Shown here piece by piece: positions 21,101 to 32,654 of a stretch of DNA of 64,000 nucleotides. The stretch comes from Mytilus californianus. Lineage: Eukaryota. Within the stretch, counting starts at the first letter, position 1, and every line of letters begins with the position of its first letter. The position numbers and the translations under genes were made by a program. A model generated the notes under the pieces. The model saw only the letters and a program-made list of their open reading frames with translations, had not been told where the DNA came from and ran no database searches. The stretch covers positions 186,001 through 250,000 of the forward strand of contig NW_026262681.1 of the NCBI RefSeq assembly GCF_021869535.1, written 5' to 3'.

Positions 21101-23702
21101 AAAAAAGAGAAGATTGATGTGACTTAAATATTTAGAACATATAGATAGGACTAAAATATTGAAAAAAGAGAAGTTTAAATAGTCTTGGCAGCTGATAGGA
21201 TCAATACACCAGAAATGTACTAGACCTATTTAATCGGATAAATATAAATATGCGAGTTGAGTATAGTTAGATACATACTCATTTACAGCAGAATGCATTG
21301 GGTGTGTAGGTAAAGGTAGAATCTTTGGTTAGCTTGCTTGTTAGTTGAACCGTGAAGTCATTATTAGGTTAGGTATACTACCCTCCTTTCGTAGTAGTAT
21401 AGTCCTATAGACAGATAGATTGGTTATCGGTCGGACTAGTCTACTCTTAAAGGAGGATAGTTTACCTAACCTAATAATGACTTCACGGTTCAGCTAACAA
21501 GCAAGCTAACCAAAGATATTACCTTTACCTACACACTCAATGCATTCTGCTGTAATTGAGAGAAAAGATTTAATTTTACACGTCCATTAAGCTACAGTTG
21601 CAAAGAGGAAGGCCAATTTCTCCTGAATTTATTTCACACCAGGGGTCATTTTCAAAAAGTATTTCAATCTTTACTTAAATTCAACGTAGCACAGCCAAAT
21701 GTAAATGTGTACACTTTAAGGTACTCAAATGTAGGCTTATTTCTAAACATATCACCAACCTATAAACGCCTAAAGACAGCTGAAAATTGCGATTTTGACA
21801 GAAATTTTGAGTATTTATCCTAGAAAAGTGTTAAGGACATCATTAATAAAAACTAAAATTCTGTAGTTCTGTTAAGCGATGTCCTCCAATGCAAAATTTG
21901 ACAAAAACATGTAAAATTTGTAGTTTTGTATCAATAAGTCTACAACAGCAAAATATAAAACTGAGAATGGAAACGAGGAATGTGTCAAAGAAACAACAAC
22001 CCGACCAAAGAGCATAAAACAGCCGAATGCCACCAATGAGTCTTCGACACAGCGAGAAAATCCCGCACCCGGAGGCGGGCTTCAGCTGGCCTCTAAACAA
22101 AATTGTGGATTTGTTCAGAGAAAATGGACGTAACACCAAACTCCAAAACATATAAATTAACCAAATCAAAAAAACATACAAGACTAAAAAAGGTAGCACT
22201 GAATAGAATTTTGAGTGTATAGAGATGTTTAAAATGGTAAAAAAATATTTTAATCACATGCATGATTCAGACTGTTTATAAATAATATTCAACATACAGT
22301 ATAGAATGTGACATCTTTTTAGACTTTAATCCTGTGAGTGAAACAAATGCAGGGAAAATTGGCTCTACTCCTTTATAAAAATAAGGAGATGAGGTATGAT
22401 TGCCAATGAGACAACTATCCACCAAATTAAGCACAGTTATGTATACAAATAAGAAAGCTTACCGGCCATTTGTCTCCCCTTTCTATACTTTCTATCAGCT
22501 CTTTCGCTGGTTGCCATATGTCAACAGCAGAGGCTTTAATAATAATTAAAAAAGAAATGCGACAAATTATGTACAACAGAACAAAAAGACGCAAAGCGCA
22601 ATGATAACTTGTTATACAGTTAGTTGCTCATTTTTGTAAAATGAACAATATCTATAATAATAAATCTTTATTCCAAAATCAAGCAGTGCTAATAGGATAA
22701 CTTAATACAATGCTAGGCATATTAATAATACATGCATCATACCACATACAGACACATGCACCAACAAGTGAATTTGTTCTCATTTTTGTCCACTTATAAT
22801 TATTGTCAACCTAAAAGATACAATTCGCCAAAAATATAGAATATAATACTCCTGTTGGTCAAATCAAAGATATATAATACTTTGTAATTTCCCAACTCCA
22901 CTCGGATACAATTATTTTTAATCTTCAAAAGGCAAAATTTTGCACCCTAAATATATTTCTGGAATTTATAAATGTATATAAATACTATCAAATTAGCAAA
23001 TTAAAAAGAAATATTGTTTTCAGAATAAAACTGAATGAAATATCATGTAACACACACTTTAGATTCCAATTATTTTGTAAATCAAAGCTAAAAAATCAAG
23101 ATAATCTATACTTTCAAAAAAACTGTCAGAGAACGATATCCCGCGAACCTCGAAGAATCCGTTTTCACATTTACCAATTTGTCAAAATTGTCGTTTTTGC
23201 CCCTTATTTTAGAGCTTTATTCAACATCATGTTCTAAAGAAAATTGAAATTTGATATAGTCTAACAAAAATAAACAAAAGCAAATATGTAATAGACAAAG
23301 ATGAAGGACTAAACAAATTTGAAAAAAGAGTCTTTTAAGATACTAACTCGACAGGAAAAGAATTTTAGTTCAATTTCGGTCAATTTCTAAGTGAAGTGTA
23401 ATTGACAAAAATAAGCAAATCTAATTTTAAATGCGCATAAACTTAGAAAAGATAGCAATGTAATATATTTGAGCTGGATTATTATTTATTTTAATGTCCA
23501 ATTTTCGTCGGTAACCTTTGGAAACCAAAAACTTCTCCTAAATACAAATTGCCAATATCCTTGTCAACTTTTTAGTTGCGTCTTGATTACTCGGAATTTA
23601 AGAAAAGGGAAGAGAAATGAAAAAAAAAATAATGAATTAAATAACATATAGCAAAAACATACCAGCTGCAATCAGTGCGAACGCAAGTAGTAAGACTCCC
23701 AT
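13957..23702 (-). CDS. Chymotrypsin-like S1A serine protease, 7 exons, 273 aa prepro-enzyme
   Basis: join(23702-23663, 22533-22463, 21093-20930, 20029-19951, 18493-18316, 15780-15644, 14109-13957) = 822 nt, all introns GT-AG with matching phases. [16 protein letters not shown] signal peptide, propeptide, K|IVGG activation site, TAAHC, PNDIALM, GDSGGP; Ser189 and Gly216. Confidence 0.95.
14700..14795 (-). repeat. Orphan ~95-bp fragment of the 541-bp retrozyme-like unit
   Basis: Near-identical to 16785-16878; followed by (TA)n. Confidence 0.85.
15280..15500 (+). mobile_element. Small repeat carrying a degenerate hammerhead motif (15425-15467)
   Basis: GCGUUC-CUGAUAA-AGGUAAAUCCA-GAAA-AAGCGCUU-C-GGACGC; stem I has 6 bp and stem III is palindromic, but core G8 is A. 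A more decayed relative starts at ~15885. Confidence 0.55.
15644..15780 (-). CDS. Protease exon 6: (C)[45 protein letters not shown]
   Basis: TTTTGCAG acceptor, GTAAGT donor, phase 1 to 0. Confidence 0.95.
17049..17094 (-). ncRNA. Minimal type-I hammerhead ribozyme, copy 1
   Basis: UACAUCA-CUGAAGA-GAC-auuaauu-GUC-GAA-AUCCGGAU-A-UGGUGUA: all core nucleotides present, 7-bp stem I, 3-bp stem II, palindromic stem III; predicted cleavage between 17056 and 17055. Confidence 0.88.
17591..17634 (-). ncRNA. Minimal type-I hammerhead ribozyme, copy 2
   Basis: ACAUCA-CUGAAGA-GAC-auugauu-GUC-GAA-AUCCGGAU-A-UGGUGU; predicted cleavage between 17597 and 17596. Confidence 0.88.
18106..18145. repeat. (TA)n microsatellite
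   Basis: Direct reading; similar tracts at 14163-14202 and 15028-15046. Confidence 0.95.
18160..18340 (-). repeat. 4 x 45-bp tandem repeat spanning the exon 5 splice donor
   Basis: ATGTTCCACAA/ATGTTCAACAA cores at 18181, 18226, 18271 and 18316 (period 45). Confidence 0.85.
18316..18493 (-). CDS. Protease exon 5: [59 protein letters not shown]
   Basis: TTTTTTAG acceptor, GTAAGT donor; catalytic Asp in NDIAL. Confidence 0.95.
19951..20029 (-). CDS. Protease exon 4: [26 protein letters not shown]
   Basis: TTGTTTTCAG acceptor, GTAAAA donor, phase 2 to 0. Confidence 0.93.
20930..21093 (-). CDS. Protease exon 3: [54 protein letters not shown]
   Basis: IVGG N-terminus and catalytic His; TTATTTCAG acceptor, GTAAGT donor. 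Confidence 0.97.
21278..21562. mobile_element. Foldback element in protease intron 2
   Basis: Arms of ~115 bp (TTACAGCAGAATGCATTG...GGTTAGGTA and reverse complement) with few mismatches around a ~50-bp spacer. Confidence 0.85.
21955..22190 (+). mobile_element. Dispersed repeat family B copy
   Basis: Inverted homologue of 6745-6972. Confidence 0.8.
22463..22533 (-). CDS. Protease exon 2 (propeptide): (A)[23 protein letters not shown]
   Basis: Acceptor ATTAAAG, donor GTAAGC; phase 1 to 0 bridges exons 1 and 3 in frame. Confidence 0.85.
23663..23702 (-). CDS. Protease exon 1 CDS (signal peptide): [13 protein letters not shown]
   Basis: Hydrophobic start, donor GTATGT in phase 1. Confidence 0.88.
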
Positions 23703-23752
23703 CTTTCTTCTTCGTAGATGTCCGATTGGTGACAAACTTTAAGATATTTAGC

Positions 23753-23760
23753 TTTTTATA
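23753..23760 (-). promoter_or_regulatory. Candidate TATA box of the protease gene
   Basis: TATAAAAA ~50 nt upstream of the ATG. Confidence 0.65.
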
Positions 23761-25029
23761 CATGATGTTAAATGAAACTTGCACGTTTTACATGGCACTT
23801 ATGTATTCCTTAGTCGCCTATAAACACTTAAAATTGAAATTTATAGACTCTGGACTAAAGCTTCAGACACTTTAAATTACTGCTTAACACAGTTTAAAGT
23901 TTGAATTTAGTTATTTATTGTGAAAACGCAACAGGTGAAACTTATGTAAAATATGTTATCCAACTTGTGTATTTATTTCTACATCCATCTGCCGTATCGC
24001 ACGGTTAAATGGCCATGAAGGCATTTGCATTTTCCAAGTTGCAGCTCAGTTTGAAGAAAATTTGAAAGAACGGAGAACACGCAGTGTGGAAGTAAATTTG
24101 CAAGTTTGTGTATCGTACATCGGATAGTTTTGAAAGAATTTTTTTTTTTTTATTTTTTATGTCAAAAGCATAATTATAATGTAACCTATATTATGATGTT
24201 ATTACATCTAAACAATTGCAGTTGCATGTCAGGTAATACATGTCTACATATGTTATGACAATGAAATTTGACATTTACATATTTCAAAAAACCACAATTT
24301 CTTCAGTGTAGGTTGTTGCGTGAATTTCATTTCTGACGACTTATATTCAGTTTACAAGTTTTCTGCATATATGCAGATTTATATTAAAAAAGGTATGTAG
24401 CAAAACAGAGGTGAAGCGAAATATAAGCTTAGCATTTCCAGAACGAGAAATAAGTTTTGTTTCCCGTTTGTGATGTGAATCAAACTTTTCTATGTATGTC
24501 TTGAAATCATTTGGTGCCAGTTACATTCTTAAAGTAACTCTTGAAAATTCTGCAACACAAAATGCAGGAAACAATTGTGTTCAAAAGTGCAAATAAACTT
24601 TCGCACGGCAAAGCCGCAGAAAAAAATAAGCATGCTTAGCAACAGATGAAAATAAAGAGTCAATCCGAAAAAAAAAATCCTGTCCACCAACAAACCCTCA
24701 AGCCTCGAATATTAACAGTCGTTCCCTTATATAGAATTATTAGCTCCGCCAAATTAGTAAATCCACACTATTTTTACACATTGCTCGTTTACTTCGTGCG
24801 AACGGTTATGCTTTCTTTCTTTTTTTAAATGGATATTTTATTGATTTGAAAAAGTTCCTGAGAATGATGTTATATTTATTGTAAATTGATAGAAATATGT
24901 AACAGTAAATCGTCATCCTTTGCTATAGATGTTTGATAAATATTGAAATTTTATAAATATTTTTCGAGTTATTCACCTACTTTGGAATCGACATCTTCAT
25001 TGTGCAAATTTCAGCAATATGGCGCATTA

Positions 25030-26720
25030 TAATTGATTTCACGTGGAACATAAAAAGTTGAAGAAAGCTAACAATGCCGTTGCAAAAAAACAAAATACAA
25101 CGAAAGGAAAATTCCAAAAAAACACGACGAAGAAAACTAAAGACTTAGCAACACTTTCCCCACCAAAAACCGGGAGTGAACTCACTTGCTACGAAAGGGT
25201 AAGCAGTTCCTGCTCCACATGCATTTGGTACCCGTCTTGTTGATCATGCATGTATAAATATGTTATAATGAATCTCATTTCTTGGTGTCACAATCCTGGA
25301 AAAGAGGATAACGGTGTCAACCGGTATGATGGTTACGATAATTGGAACATATCCGTCGTTATCTGTGACACAGATATTCCATAAAGGTCAACTAACTTGA
25401 GATGGCGTCAGTTAAACTTTGGAATAGCTGAATTCAACTGTACCTCTCATAACTCTTTGTTCAATAGCTTCCTTGTAAGCAGCAACCCATTATCAAGGAA
25501 ATCATGACCGGAAATGCAAGCTCTGGAATGTTGCTACATATTTATTTATTAAGTAATGCACATTTATACCTAGAAATGGAAAGTCACAATTGGAAAACTG
25601 AAATTGTCCCTTTGTTGTAAAGTTTTGTTCTCAACCTACCCTCATTGTCAAATTTTAGATGTAAGTCAGGATATTTGGTAGTCTTAACTGTATCTGTGGT
25701 ATCCTTTATATCGATTACGATTGGATAGATGGGTTCAACATAAACATCAAAATGTTAATTATTTAGTGAGAGGGCATCATCTATTTAGCGGAACTTGAAG
25801 TGAAGCATAATGCTAACTTCTTTTAAATCTTTCTGGGAAGCTCTTGTATAAAGTATGTCATACATTAATAAAGGAACAAGTCGACAAGAAGAGGAGCACA
25901 GTTGTTTCCCATAGGTTTGCCGATTGTATGTTAAAAATTCAAAGAGTTTTTTTTTTTCAAAGTATGATTTATACCTATTTGTATCTACGCTGGCTATTTT
26001 TTCAAGAAACAAAGTTTGGCTAGTTCTTTCAATCATTCAAGTTTAGGATTGGGTACACTGGTGTAAAAGGTAGAGAAATGAAATGTTTTTTTTAACTATT
26101 CCAAGAGGACAGAGACTAAGATTTTATGAAGTCTAACCGACCTTTTAATTCTTAGTATCCACATCTGATTCACTTCGCCCACTAGATTATGTATTTTCAA
26201 AGTAACTCTGAAGACGACTTTGATTGATGATAAATATTATGTTAATAGTTTTGAAAGAGGTTTCGCGGAACACTTGGCCAACCTAGCAATATAACGTTTG
26301 TCGGGGATGGACACGTATCTGTCACATTTCTACTCTCCTGATGCCCTTTCACCAAATATATTTTACTAGGAATGTCATGTCTTTTCTGGTTAACCTGTGT
26401 TGCTGAACTACTGTCTAATTCACTTTTATATCACATTTAATATGCGAGTTCAATATTAAGAGAATAATGCTCAGCCTTCCAGAGGAAGAGCATTTAAATA
26501 CATCATTGGGTTTTATTTTTGTTCGCGAGATTCAATTTTCATTGTCTTCTGTCTCTTTCTGTGGATCACTTGCATTGTAAAACTTTTCTATAATGGGTTT
26601 TGTTTATTCCCTGAATAGTATTGTCTTGTATATTTGCTCCCTTTATAATTCGCTACTTTATTCTGAACTAATTTTTTATTGTATGGTCTTTTATGTACCT
26701 CTTGTGATTCGGCTTATCGA
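25030..26720 (-). mobile_element. Decayed Penelope-like retroelement (RT core and 3' end)
   Basis: Broken frames give RYIA..AKCSAKPLSKLL, VNQMWIL, KTFHFSTFYT, G.PMGNNCAPLLVDLFLY, FR*IDDALSLNN and DLHL.FDNEGRLRTKLY. No C-terminal GIY-YIG is seen, consistent with the permuted (Naiad/Chlamys-type) PLE architecture. Confidence 0.75.
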
Positions 26721-26866
26721 GATACATAAGGCAGAGGGCTGAGTATTAAAAAACTTAGTTGAGCCCCGCTTCATGTTGATGTGCCTGTCTCATATCATGA
26801 ACCATATCAGAAGGTTTTTTTTATCTAAAAAAAACCTCGCCAAAGATACCAGGCTTATGATTATGT

Positions 26867-26910
26867 ACACCAGACGCGCGTTTCGTCTACAAATGACACA
26901 TAAGTGACGC
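26867..26910 (-). ncRNA. Degenerate type-I hammerhead motif
   Basis: GCGUCA-CUUAUGU-GUC-auuugua-GAC-GAA-ACGCGCGU-C-UGGUGU: all three stems intact, but the core CUGAUGA is changed to CUUAUGU. Confidence 0.65.
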
Positions 26911-27316
26911 TCGAATCAAACAAGTTAAAAGGCCAAATAAAGTACGAAGACGAAGAGCATTAGGTGTTTATTGAATTTAATTTTGGAGGGAGTTTTTTTT
27001 TTATATATTCTCTGTTAAATTTATTCACAAATAGTGTGGAACCTGGGCGATTTAGAGCTTTGTAAATACTATAGACAAGTTATTGTTTAATACTCTATAC
27101 AAAGTCTCATTGGCTAATACCACACTAACTGTCTTCGTATATGAATTATGTTTGACAAGTGATAAAAGTTTCGTAACAAAATAATATTTGATATCATTGT
27201 AAAACACTTATATGAAAATATTTCTGTTTTCTCAATCTCTTTTAATATTGACCAAAATTAGTATCATAGATCCATGTGCCTATCTTTAGGATTAAACAGC
27301 ATTATGTCATATTATA

Positions 27317-27535
27317 GAGGGTCTGTGTGGGGTTTACAGAATAGGGAATAATGGACAAAAAGTGCAGAATAAATGGCTAAAATATCAAGAATAGAGAAAA
27401 ATACGCAAAAAAAAAAAAAAAAATACAGAGTAGAAAATAATGGGGTGTTGAAATATTTAGAATAGTGAATAATGGACAAAAATTGTCTGAACAATTAAAG
27501 AATAAAGAAATAAAGGACTCCCAATCCAGACCCTC
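27317..27535. mobile_element. MITE with GAGGGTCTG termini and a 6-bp TSD (ATTATA)
   Basis: Inverted termini GAGGGTCTG / CAGACCCTC; same family as 42748-42958. Confidence 0.75.
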
Positions 27536-28265
27536 ATTATAATTAGCTAATATTGAGGAATTTTGTATGACTTTCAAAAACAAACACATTCAGATTTTTT
27601 AACCGATTACGTATTTTCAAAATCATTTATTGAAATCATTGAATAGATAATTTGGGGTTAAATGACATGTTTTATTTATAATGACGAAATCTATTGTTTG
27701 AAAGCTTGTACGTGAAGATTTCGATCAAAGTAGAAAAGGTTTGATCAAGCATTGCTTAACTTTCATTTAGAAACTTTAAATGAATTTTGAAACGTAATGC
27801 AGGTGGGTCTCCGACTTTTTTTTTATGTCAAATATGGGAAAAAAATGCGTTAATGCATGAGAGATAAAGTTATGAATGATTTACATAGATCAACACATTG
27901 GTAGGAACATTTTGTTGGAATAACGTGATTTCGTATATAACATACCATATAAAGCTTAGAAGGAATACATATTTAGTAAAAGGAACGGGAAATGTTGGAA
28001 ATCATGTCAAAATACAAATATGAGGTCAGTTATTCATCGTCCTTTTGAATTTAAGACAAAGTTTTATTTCTTTCAAAAAAGTCATTACGTCATCAAAAAT
28101 TCTAATCGTACAATGTACTTCAGAATTACAATTATCCCTCGTTAAAAGGGTTTTGTGTATGGGGATACACCAAAGCGTTTAAGGGGTTCGTAGGTGGCCT
28201 ATTGCAAGGCTAAATTTCTGTCCCAATCTGATATACCCCCATTTACCAGTTTTCAAGGTGTATTC

Positions 28266-28422
28266 CAGGGGCGGGTCCAGGATTTTAGGTTAAGGCGGCG
28301 CATACTTAAACAAATTTTTTTGAGGTAAAATTATCGAAATATTCTTTATTAAGCTGAGGACAACCCATGCTTTGCAAATTTATTTTTCTGGGGGCGCACG
28401 CCCCCGCCTGAATCCGCAACTG
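28266..28422. mobile_element. MITE with CAGGGGCGG-type termini and a 5-bp flanking repeat (TATTC)
   Basis: CAGGGGCGGGTCCA ... TGAATCCGCAACTG; TATTC on both sides. Confidence 0.6.
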
Positions 28423-28602
28423 TATTCTTTATTTAAACAGCATCTGACTAATGAAATTGTACCTTATATCATGGCTATCCTAAAACTTTAAATCATAAAC
28501 ATATTTTCTAGATTATAGATTTTTATTGAATTTTCCTTGATCTCTCCAGTTTGCCCGCATACATATAAGTAATATATTTAGAACTGGATAAGTATATACG
28601 AA

Positions 28603-28742
28603 TAAGAAGATGATGTCTGATTGCCAATGAGAGAACTATCCACCAGATCCTAAGTGATGTAGGAGTTAGCAACTATAGGTCACCGTACGGCCTTCAACAA
28701 TGAGCAAAGCCCATACCGCAAAGCTATAGCTATAAAAGACCC
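28603..28742 (+). mobile_element. Dispersed repeat family A copy
   Basis: AAGAAGATGATGTCTGATTGCCAATGAGA...GGTCACCGTACGGCCTTCAACAATGAGC. Confidence 0.8.
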
Positions 28743-30203
28743 AAACACGGTTTGCTTACTAAAAAATTTTGGTCAGAGTGTGTGTATACCAGTGGTAAAG
28801 AGTTTGATACATATCTTGCCAGAAACTCAAAGTGTTATAAGAAGTTATGAAATAGAATAAATAAAATTAAATAATTCTCTAAACAATTAAGATAAATTGG
28901 AAGTTCTAGTTAACCTTTTGTTAACTTTCTTTCTTATGAGATAGCTGTTAACGAGAATCCCCTAAATCCCCATGGCGCTACAAGATACACTGTTACAATG
29001 ATATACTGACAATGATATAATATCATGAATATGAATATATACTTTTTGATTTCATGTTATTTTTGTTATTTTTAGATAATATGGCTTAGTTGCGAGTCAG
29101 TGATTTAGGACTAATTAAAAACTAACAATGCATACATTATAATAATAATAAATTATTTTGTTAAAGTGTCGCGTATTGATTAAAAGTTGAACAATAGGTT
29201 CATAAAGGATGTCAGTTGGGTTATTTTATGAATAAAAGGAGATAAGGCGTCAATGATTTAGTTTATATTGTAGTCGCACATAGCAGTAGAATTACAATTA
29301 TTAGTTGATTGACCTTTTAGAAATATGTGTTATATTTCCTTTTTTGTGGATTGAAAATTTCCAAAATAGGATATATAACATATAACATTAAACGAAGATG
29401 AAATGAATAATAAGTGAAAGCAATCTGGTGGTGTCTCCAGGATAAAAAAAAGCCCTTGGTCACTCTCATTCTGGTGGTAAAATAGAATAAAAATAGAACT
29501 AGATAAAACGTCTTCCGTAGACAGGTTTTCGTTCTATTCGTCTTATTAAAGTAAAAGCTGACATAACGCTGGTCGAACATTTCAAATTTAAAGGCATCAT
29601 AATGATGAAAACTATCTACATGTACCACACTGTATAAACTCCTATAGGTACGCTTGACATAAAAGGTTCATATGATATATTTTCAATTGTATTTCTTAAC
29701 GCAGTATACGTTTAACTGTATAATAGTTACGGGGCTTCTATTCACTACAAAAAATCTCCTAGTTTTTCTAAGAATATATAAGAACTTAATTTTCAAATTA
29801 AATTTACCCAAGTGACTCAACGCACAAAACATAAAGTGCATTGTGCATTTGTTTCTGACAATTGTTAATAAATAATTAAATCGGTAAATTTACACCCAGA
29901 ATTTTTGCTGAAAGATTAAAATTGATCACAACATTTAAAACAATAATACATTTCCCCCTCTCCATCGTATCAGTTTTCCTTAACCCTAAGTCATCTTAAA
30001 TTCTTATTTGTCATTGTAACATGTCAAACATAATTGTCCTGGTTTAAAATTAATATTTTATATGGCACCTGGTAAGAATCACGTCAATATTTGTAAACAT
30101 TCCTTGATTGTTTATTTTCTTTTTATTAGGGGATTGTTTGATCAGCGCGTATTGTTGTAGTAATCCGATTTAAGATGGACATTTATTGACTCCAAAGTAA
30201 TCA

Positions 30204-31295
30204 ATGAACGCCATTACTTCGCAAAAAGCTTACCTGTATGAAACGAGGGGAAGTGCAAAGGGAAGGCAGAGGCAAAGTTTGGACTATAAACTTGAAGGTC
30301 GTCATGCTACGCTCGCCTGTCGGGATTCTGCTTCGCTTAAAGGAAAATTTTCATTAAGCATAGGAAGAAAAGTAGATTTGTCTAAAGAAAAGGAGAAAGA
30401 AAATAGAAAAGATGAACGTAGTGATACTAACCCTGTGATTTTACCGAAATGTAAGGAGGAAACATCGACCGATCTAATGGAAAAGTGCGAATCATCTTGT
30501 GAAGAATCAGCTTATCAACTCATGCGTGAAAATACAGATGACGTACCATTAACTGAAGAGCTTCTCAGTAATGATACATCAACAAATCAGCGTCCAACGA
30601 TTTGTTCAGAGTGTGCAGAAATAAGTTTGTATAGAAAAATTGGACGGTTAAAAAATGCATTAATTATAAATGACGATAAGGAATTAAATCCTTGTGTTAT
30701 TTGTGAAAAAAAGAAACTTTCCAATAGAAAATCGGTGAAAGATGAAAAAACTTTGTTGATGTCGATTATATATCCTCATGATTTTTATGATCGATATCAA
30801 AGTGTAAGACGAAATGTTCAAACACCATCTGATGACTTTGATAGAAAACGAGAACGCAAAAGGAAAACAATCCACCAGAAAACTATATTACCGAAACAGA
30901 ATGTTACACTTCCGGAAACCGTTAATGAAGGGGATAAAGTCCTCCTGAAGCCTCATGTTGTAAAATTCAAAGAAAAAGAGAAACAAAGGAGGTCAAGCAT
31001 TATAAATGTTGTAAATCATGAGTTCGAAATTGATAACAGAATACTACCTAGTACTTTACCGCCATTAAAAGTGACAACGCCAATGCCTATGAAACCTAAG
31101 CATTTGCGATGTAAACCTCAAATGAAGGCTTACTTTGTCGCATCAATGACATCTGATAATATCATAAAAGAAAAGTGTTCGTGGTTTGATCAAAAGAAAT
31201 CATTTAGAGGGTTTATGCTATCAAGGAGTGAAAAATTCGACAGACCTAAACTAGCGGACGTGAAACACTGTAAGTATATCATTTCAGTAAATTAA
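30204..31295 (+). CDS. Orphan K/E/R-rich protein, large exon (363 codons); probably spliced onward at 31270
   Basis: 1.09-kb stop-free frame in AT-rich DNA; upstream acceptor TTTTTATTAG at 30129; GTAAGT donor at 31270; two CxxC motifs; no family recognised. Confidence 0.65.
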   Translation: MNAITSQKAYLYETRGSAKGRQRQSLDYKLEGRHATLACRDSASLKGKFSLSIGRKVDLSKEKEKENRKDERSDTNPVILPKCKEETSTDLMEKCESSCEESAYQLMRENTDDVPLTEELLSNDTSTNQRPTICSECAEISLYRKIGRLKNALIINDDKELNPCVICEKKKLSNRKSVKDEKTLLMSIIYPHDFYDRYQSVRRNVQTPSDDFDRKRERKRKTIHQKTILPKQNVTLPETVNEGDKVLLKPHVVKFKEKEKQRRSSIINVVNHEFEIDNRILPSTLPPLKVTTPMPMKPKHLRCKPQMKAYFVASMTSDNIIKEKCSWFDQKKSFRGFMLSRSEKFDRPKLADVKHCKYIISVN

Positions 31296-32087
31296 TAGAC
31301 ACGCAAATAAAGTAAGCGTGACATATATTTCTGATAGCACCTTCTCGAGTACGTTTTTAAAAAGACTTTGTATTTAAAACTAGAACATCTGGAAAATATG
31401 AAACTATGTAAATGGAGTCGCCCTCTAAAATCACCAAAAACAAACAGAAAGAGAAAAAACCCAAGAACACTGAATCATTTTGCTTGAAAGATTAACATTA
31501 TAATAGAGTAAATTTATAAGTGGTTAATATTCGCCTAAAAATTCCAGAAAATGTCAGTTTAGTAATCATTATATGAATATAACGAAAACATATATCAAAA
31601 TATCTGATAATTATAAAATCAATGAATAGTAATATTTGCTCGGTGTTAGTGATTGATTCGGATAACATTATTATACACTGAATAAGACAAAACTTACACA
31701 CTAAGTTTAAAGGTTTTAATAAAGGAACTACAAGAGCAGCTTATCTTTCAAGTCTTGACTGAGTTAATGAAGACACCTTAGTAACAGTCTTAAGTCTCTT
31801 TTGTGATGTTTTCCGGACTTCTTTTTCTGAACGTATTTTCTTTGTTGGTCATGGCGTTATCCGTCTTTCTTCGGTTTATGGTTTTTAATTGCCCCCTCCT
31901 GTGCATCTCCGTCTCCGTTTCATTGATATCTTCCTGAATATTTAAGCAGCAAACCATTCTATCCGTCACATGTTCCATAACTCTGCTTTTACGATATCGA
32001 GGTGAATTGATTTTACCAAATGATTTTGCCAATATATCAACGCTATCAAACATGTCATATTATCATAATATACCTGAATCAAATCAA

Positions 32088-32200
32088 CAAGTAAGAAGAT
32101 GTGGTGTGATTGTCTATGAGACAACTGTCTACCATAGACCAAATGGCATAGAAGATATGAACTAAAGGTCACCGTACGGCCTTCAACAATGAGCAAAGTC
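32088..32200 (+). mobile_element. Dispersed repeat family A copy
   Basis: AAGAAGATGTGGTGTGATTG...GGTCACCGTACGGCCTTCAACAATGAGC. Confidence 0.8.
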
Positions 32201-32654
32201 CATAAACTTATTTCTGAAACATTTGTGTGAAGGATATAGAATAACAAATGAAACTATGGTTGTTTACACCGATACCCTTTTGGAGTGTTTCTACACGGTG
32301 AGGGTATCTGTGATCACTAGATCACTTAATTCAATTTATATTGATTGTGACTGTGTATTGGAACATCCAGCCATGCTTAAAAACATCCCTCATCGAGATT
32401 TGTCGTTATGGTTAGGGCTCTTGTGCGTACAGAAAAGTTGGAACACGCACACACAGGTATTCATTTTAAAATCCCTATACCTACTCAAATCAAATGTGAC
32501 TCCGTATTCATACAGCCCGCAATGCATTAAGCCGTTAAGCACGCGTTGTACATAAAAATAGGGCGAAGAAGATTGAAAAAGATGCAATTGAAAATCATAA
32601 ATAGAAAAAAGAAAAATCAACGTCTTGTCCAAGTAAAAAAGACACGTAGACAAA

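Noticed and set aside
24270-24310. CUGAAGA...GAAA on the minus strand (similar case at 56693-56725 on plus)
   Set aside because: Stems I and III cannot form; chance core matches
25030-26960. GIY-YIG endonuclease or SECIS element in the Penelope-like copy
   Set aside because: Not recognisable; the sequence is too decayed to support either
29317-29628. 103-aa minus-strand ORF
   Set aside because: F/Y-rich composition typical of AT-rich non-coding DNA; no motif or splice support
31790-32053. 87-aa hydrophilic minus-strand ORF
   Set aside because: Its 3' half overlaps a degraded copy of the PLE terminal sequence (cf. 45650-45705) and its 5' side abuts a family A insertion
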